A DNA stretch of 64,000 nt from Auanema rhodensis (Eukaryota; Animalia; Nematoda), in NCBI GenBank assembly GCA_964057225.1, contig OZ059897.1, positions 13,640,001 to 13,704,000 on the forward strand, read 5' to 3'. Each line of letters begins with the position of its first letter. The first letter of the stretch is position 1. The position numbers and the translations under genes were made by a program. This document shows positions 58,013 to 64,000 of the stretch, one piece after another. The notes under the pieces are model-generated. The model searched no databases and was not told the origin of the DNA. It worked only from the letters and a program-made list of their open reading frames with translations.

Positions 58013-59849
58013 TTATTTTGGTTCTTCTTCAGCAACCGGATCCTTACATTGCGTTTTAAGGAATGATCGAACACCTTCAGAAATTCCACCACGAGCATCA
58101 CCGTGCTAAACAGAGGTCAATTTCAAATGAATAATCACAAAAATTACCTTAGCAAAGATTTCCAAATGATTTTTGCCCTTCCAGACAAGACCACAACGGA
58201 ATTCCTCATCATTTTTCGTCAAAAACTTATAAACCTTATCTAAGCAATCGTGTACTGGAAAGAGACAAAAGTACGAAAAATGCATAAAATGAGGACAAAG
58301 AATTTCTACCTTTGCTGAGGGTCACATATGGAAGAGGTTTCAGCATTTTAGAGATGTCTTGCTGTGCATAGATAGCAGGTTTACCGAAATCACCATTTCC
58401 TTTAAACCATCCAATTATTTCCTGGAAAATAGTTGCACTTATTTAATGTTTCATCTTTAAAAAGGTAATTATACCTGAGAAGCATTGGTGAAGAACAATT
58501 GTGCCCACGTGAAGAAAGGAAATCCAGCTCCTTGGGGATATGTGGTTAAGAGTTGTAGTGGAACATCTCTAGGGATTTCTCCATACTCTATTACCTGAAA
58601 AAAAATTATAAATTCATTTAACTGAATTAGAATCTACATCAATTTTGTCATTCTCAGCAGCTTTTGTTTTAGGTGGAAGAACTTCGGATTTGTCAACAGT
58701 AACACTGAAAAAAAAAACATAACTAGAAATAGATATCTGGCTTACATTGGTGCTTTAACAGCCATATAATCGGCACAATCAACTTCATATCTATAAATAG
58801 AAAGAATAAATCACATTTTGTAATAATATCAGAAAATTATTTCATTTGCATTATTGCAAATCATTTCTGTAACAAAAAACTCAGAGTTTTCTCGCTTGTG
58901 TTCCATAGAGGAACAGTTGCTGTTGCTTGATCCGCATTGAACCTTAGCATTCAGCAATCTTTACTCCTTTTAATGTTTGACTGAAGTTTTCTCAAGAATA
59001 AAAGTCAAACCTGACAAGAATTCGGAAAGTTCCAAACTGATAAGCAACCAGTTGGAAGAACGGACCATTAGCATGAAGACCACGAGGTCTGGTCATTTTT
59101 TGCTTTAGCCCTTGATCAAAAGTAACGTGAGCAATTTCCATAAGATCAGAAGCCTCCATTCTGAAGTTTAAGTATTAATTTAAGCATATATTAATAATAA
59201 AAACCTGGTCATAAGAACAGTTTGTCCGACCCTCTCACAATCAATACGGAAAAGACCATCTCCAGCTTCCTACATTGTAAAATAGTTAAAAGTAAAATGA
59301 TATAAAAATACTTGACAAAAGGCAAAAATTTTTTGAAGATTTACGGCATCGGTAATGAATTGGAATTGGCTAAAATCTAATGGCTTCTTTTTTTTTTCAG
59401 ACAGAAGTCTCGCAGCAATAATAGCAGCGTCCAATGATCCATCAGGAGTCTAAATATAAATGTTCGATGCTATGAAACGTAAATGTATCACCTACTTTTA
59501 AATGATTAACATCATATATGACAACACCATGATCTTGAGTTAATTTTCCTCCAGGCCAGTAAAATGATTCGATTGGCATTCCAGGAACCTAAATGTTTTG
59601 TTGAAAATATAATAGTTTTTTAATTTATAATACTAACCATAATAGTTGGATTATCCTCATTTAAATACCATTGATAAGATCCGATTCTGAATTATGTATT
59701 CTCGAAAATATATAGATTACAAGTTCTAACCTGTCAACATATTTTGTAGAAGTAGGCCCTCCTTTTCCGGAAAGATTAACAAGAGGAAGAAGACCATATG
59801 GTTCTTCCTCTAAACCATCAAACAACCAGAAGCCATCCAAATCTCCCAT
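58013..59849 (-). CDS. Conserved protein with RAI1/DXO-like (PD-(D/E)XK) motif order, resembling a fungal uncharacterised family
   Basis: Spliced: IGSYQW...PTIMVPGMP...FITDAVNLQKI...FRIDCERVGQTVLMTRME...YQFGTFRILVRYEVDC...TWAQLFF...IIGWFKGNG. The gene structure is clear; the fold assignment is from motif recall. Confidence 0.7.
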
Positions 59850-60782
59850 TCTGAATTATTAGGTTAACAAACTTAACTAAATCAATGAATATTGAGAGCT
59901 TTCATATTCAAGCAAGTAATTAGAGTATAGCGAATACTCAGTGCATACATTCAACATTACATTCAACAGTGTCTACTCAGTCAATTATATTAAGAACATA
60001 AGTAAAATCAAGAAAAGGAAATGTGAGATGTGCCAACTATTCATAGTATATGAACGGATTAGCCGATCAGGCGGGGGAGGAAGATGGAAGAATAAGAGAT
60101 CAGTAAGAAAGAAGCATTTGAAACAGAACGACATAGAAGCGAGGGGGAGTAGAAAGAAATTACACAACGCAGGAAGACGCAGCAGAATCACTAACAAAAG
60201 CAAAGGCTCTCTCCTATATCTATCCTCTGCTGTTCCATCTTTTCATCTCTTTCGAGTTATAGCTATTCCAATCAGTTGATCGCAATGCTTAGGGAACAGA
60301 GCAGAAATGAAGAGAATATATCAGGTCAAAGCAATTCCAGACACTATTATAAAATGACGTATGTGAACAATAGTTTCAAATTTCTTAGTTGAGATAAGTT
60401 GAAAGCAAAGATGCATAGTCAAAGCTTTAAAAAACAAGTTTCTCGTTGCAACTTTAGAGTTTGGAACGTTAAATATTATGTGCATAATAAAAACACCAAC
60501 CTAATAATCAATTTCTCAGCATTAATCTAATGATTTCGTTTAAGACTATAGCATTGTCACAATGAACAGCTGACCATCATCAAATAGCTTAATTTGTCTT
60601 CTGCCACCCCTGTCTAGTTCCAGCTTAGACGTTGCCAACCTAAACACTACATTAGGTTTGAAATCTGATACACAGAAAGGTGGCATTATGATACCCAAAC
60701 ATATTTAAAGAACACGAATTTGACAAACTGATTGAAGAGTCAATTATGAAAATTGATGTTGATTGTATGAGTATGATTCACC

Positions 60783-60792
60783 CTGACGTCAG
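60783..60792. promoter_or_regulatory. Perfect CRE palindrome CTGACGTCAG
   Basis: 10-bp palindrome containing TGACGTCA about 0.9 kb upstream of the DXO-like gene; function unproven. Confidence 0.3.
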
Positions 60793-61432
60793 TGTGTAGG
60801 AGGCCAGCTGTAGAGCAGGAGCTAACAAAAACTCATGAAACAACTTGAATTCGAAACTTTCAAAACGTATGTTACCTAAGGCGTCCAACGATCAAAATTT
60901 CTACAAGAAAAACGTATTTCGTAATGAAAAACGAATCAGTTACGCTAAAACCTTCGGAGCACCATATGACTAATATACATCTGGAAAATTACATAAAATA
61001 TTTGAAAGCCAGTTCCAACAAGTTGAAAGTTTGATTTTTCATACAACTCTGAAATAGAAATACTGGCAACCATGCAGGCAATGTGATATATTTACGTTAT
61101 GGTACAAATAAAGAAAACAAAGTCAAGAGCACACTTGACAAAAGTGAAATAAAGAACATTCTAACATATTTTGACAAGCAAATTTATAAAATTTTCAATA
61201 TATCAGTGATCATATCATATACAAAATATATTGCAGATTATATTAATATTAACAAATAACATATGATTGACTAAATAGCTAAAAGCTTACCCGAAACAAT
61301 ATTTATAAATATAAAAAACGCTTTGGAAATAATATTAAAAGATCAAGAAAGAGATATCATCAATATCAGAGGTCAAATGTTATGGCAAATATATATATAT
61401 AACATTCATTATTAATAGAAAACAACTTACAG

Positions 61433-61876
61433 TTACCTACGACGAGGTTGTGATCTCATAGGTATCACTCGTATTTTACCTACGATTCTCGGTTTATCAA
61501 CTTCCGGAGCAAAATCAAGACCTCCATCGAAACCAGCAAGAATCCAAACTAGATAATTGATGTTTCTTTTCGTAGTATGAAGAAATCGAACCCAAATTCT
61601 ATGTAGGTAACTGTAACCGAGATATATATTACACATAGAGATGTTTTCTTACCACTCATTGAAATTGACATAAATTTCGTAAATCATAATATAACCAAGT
61701 TGAAAGCTAAGAGAAACTAAAAAAAATTCTTCATAATATGCATTTTCGCAAAAAAAGAACAAAATAAACTTTCTTAGAAATAAAGAGCCGATCACGATCA
61801 GGAACTCCACAAACATGTATCCCATCTTAATTGCAACCAATACATAGAACAGAATAAGCAGTATTTCTCGTAACAT
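61433..61876 (-). CDS. Small two-exon hydrophobic orphan protein
   Basis: Exon 1 ends TG|GTAAG and the acceptor TTACAG restores the frame of ORF 61433-61636; hydrophobic N-half, basic tail RSQPRRR*. Confidence 0.4.
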
Positions 61877-62482
61877 GTTCTCAAAATAAAAAAAAGAAAA
61901 TTTTGAAAATTAAAATAATTACAAATTTAATGAATTATCATCTAGATTCGAATGGTGGTGCGAATAGAGCACAATAAGATTTTTTGGTTAAATCTTACAG
62001 ATCAAAGGAGTTGTTAAAAACCTTGCAGATCAAAAGAAGCCTTCAAAATTAAATGATTTATTTTTAAGCTTCTCTATGTTTTTCGAACTTTTTTGAACAA
62101 TTTCTGTTTCTTTTGAAATTTCATACTTTTCTGTATGTGAGTTAGCGTATCTGATAATTATAGTGCTTACGTTCCAGACGTTTTTCTTTCGAAGTCAAAT
62201 GATCTAATCAAATTTTTAAAATTGATCTGTTAACTATTAAAATATATTTGGAAACTTATGTAACGGTAGAATATTCAATATATAATATTTCATACATATA
62301 TAAGCGTGCTGTCGAAAGTTCCTTAAAATGGCAACAACATACGTAATCATCCTAAAACGCCAGATAATGTTTCATTTTGAATTTATATGAGGAATATTTG
62401 TTCAAAGCATAATCAATATATTGTTATCAGCTATGGCAACATACATATATAGTCAGTGTAATGAATTAATATACTGTCTATT

Positions 62483-64000
62483 ATGTGGCTATTCTTCTTT
62501 TCAATATCTCTAGTATTTATTCCGGTTAGTTATGATATTAACCCGATTCTGAAACATGTTTTATTCTCTTAGACTAGTAGCATTGTCGAGCCACAAGTGT
62601 TTACTAATAAAGAGTTTCCTTCTCCTTATACTGGATCATTAACAAGGTAAATTTCAATGTGTTTCATCTTATACATTGTGCTTATTTGAAGAGTTCGGAC
62701 ACAGTATGTCGTCCCAGACGGATTCGGAACAGTAATCCTATTTCGACAATTTCTTTTATCAGCCAAAGATTGTATATTTATTTGTTCGCTTAAAAATTCT
62801 TCTAATTGCGATAAGTATGGCTAATCGTATAATCTTTTGAGAATAATTGTTTCAATTTAGTTTATGTGGTGATGCATTTGATCACAGATCTATGAAAAAA
62901 GCGTTAGCTGTTAGCGATTCAGCAGTTATAACTTTAACATCCACTGGTCCACCGGACAACTTATTCCACTCTGGTGTTTATGGGCTCATAAAGGCGTTTG
63001 GTATTGTATTAGTGAAAAAGTTTACATATATCAAATTTTTCTTAGATATTTCCAATCCTCGCATATCTGGCTGCAATGAGACAATTAATTTATTACCTAA
63101 TTCACCTTATTTTCTAGTTTCCCCTAATTATCCAAATTCTATGTCTATTTCTGATTCATGTGTTTTGCTTTTCCAATCATCAAGGAGTATTCGATTAGCA
63201 GTTTATTTCCTTAGCACTTCGTCAGCACTTGATAGGCCTTTTAAAATTATTGGGCGAGATCCTGATGGTAACTGGAATAATCAAACTTATTCGTTAGTTT
63301 ACCAAATTTCCAGCTTTACTTAAATAATTGATTTAGTGGAAAACGTATTAACGATGGTGATCCATTTGGATTATATTATAGTCAATCAGTTTCAATTTCT
63401 TACCAATTTACAGAAGGTCATTCACCTTATCAAAGAGGGTTCTATATAATTGTTGACGAATATGATGGTTTGATTTATATTAGTTTGTTCTTAGTGAAAT
63501 AGTAAACTTTAATTTAGAGGTACCCAAAACTTCAATCGGATGCTTAAACACGGGAAATTTAACACTGAGTTCTAGTGAACCTATTTCTATTCAAACCAGC
63601 AGTTTTGGCCATTCTTCATATCGTCCATTTTCTGACTGTTTATATCAAATTTTAAATCCATCAGAAAATCACCTCATACTAATAAGTATATTAATATAGA
63701 CAATCATTTTTAAATACCTACCACAGATTTACAATATGAAAGCGAAAAGTGCTGTGATTTAATGGATTTTGATGGTATTGGAGTTCCTCCATTCTCCGTA
63801 GGAAGCTTAATTCTATTAAATTGATCCTGTTGTTATTTTTTGAGGGAGGAACTTATCAAGGATCTCAATATGAATACTGGAATTTCGCACATTCGAACTT
63901 TATAACTATGCATTTCCAATCTGATGGCGTTATAGACGGTCCTGGGTTTTTTGGTAGTTTTTATGATGTTGGTAATAAAAAAAGTTGAATAATGAGTCAT
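62483..64000 (+). CDS. Secreted CUB/CUB-like domain protein, 5' part (runs off window)
   Basis: Hydrophobic start MWLFFFSISL; CNETINL...LVSPNYPNSM...CVLLF, YRPFSDCLYQI, ESEKCCD, MHFQSDGVIDGPGFFGSF. Confidence 0.75.

Overview
AT-rich eukaryotic DNA with very many 40-55 nt introns, TTTCAG-type acceptors just upstream of start codons and operon-like gene spacing. This points to a rhabditid nematode (inference; probably not Caenorhabditis, because splice signals are much looser). I reconstructed about 17 intron-rich genes by hand: mitochondrial AlaRS, DHX9/RHA-1, UTP6, DDX19, latrophilin LAT-1, ADHFE1, VPS2/CHMP2A, p50RhoGAP, CISD/mitoNEET, mitoferrin, METTL1, GOT1/GOLT1, a GT31 galactosyltransferase, Nanos, a RAI1/DXO-like protein, a small orphan membrane protein and a partial CUB-domain gene. 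A 14.6 kb ORF-poor region lies upstream of lat-1. The strongest signal is a combinatorial splice system in lat-1: two tandem, frame-locked mutually exclusive exons swap half of the lectin domain, UNC-75/CELF and RBFOX motifs flank the variant exon, and a candidate alternative terminal exon would remove the PDZ-type tail. Also notable are a mitochondrial AlaRS that seems to lack the editing and C-Ala domains, GAG/AAG acceptors and GC donors apparently chosen by intron length, an iron-themed operon, and a fungal-type DXO-like probable pseudonuclease. I recognised no tRNA, rRNA, CRISPR array or transposase. All exon structures are manual and unverified by RNA data.
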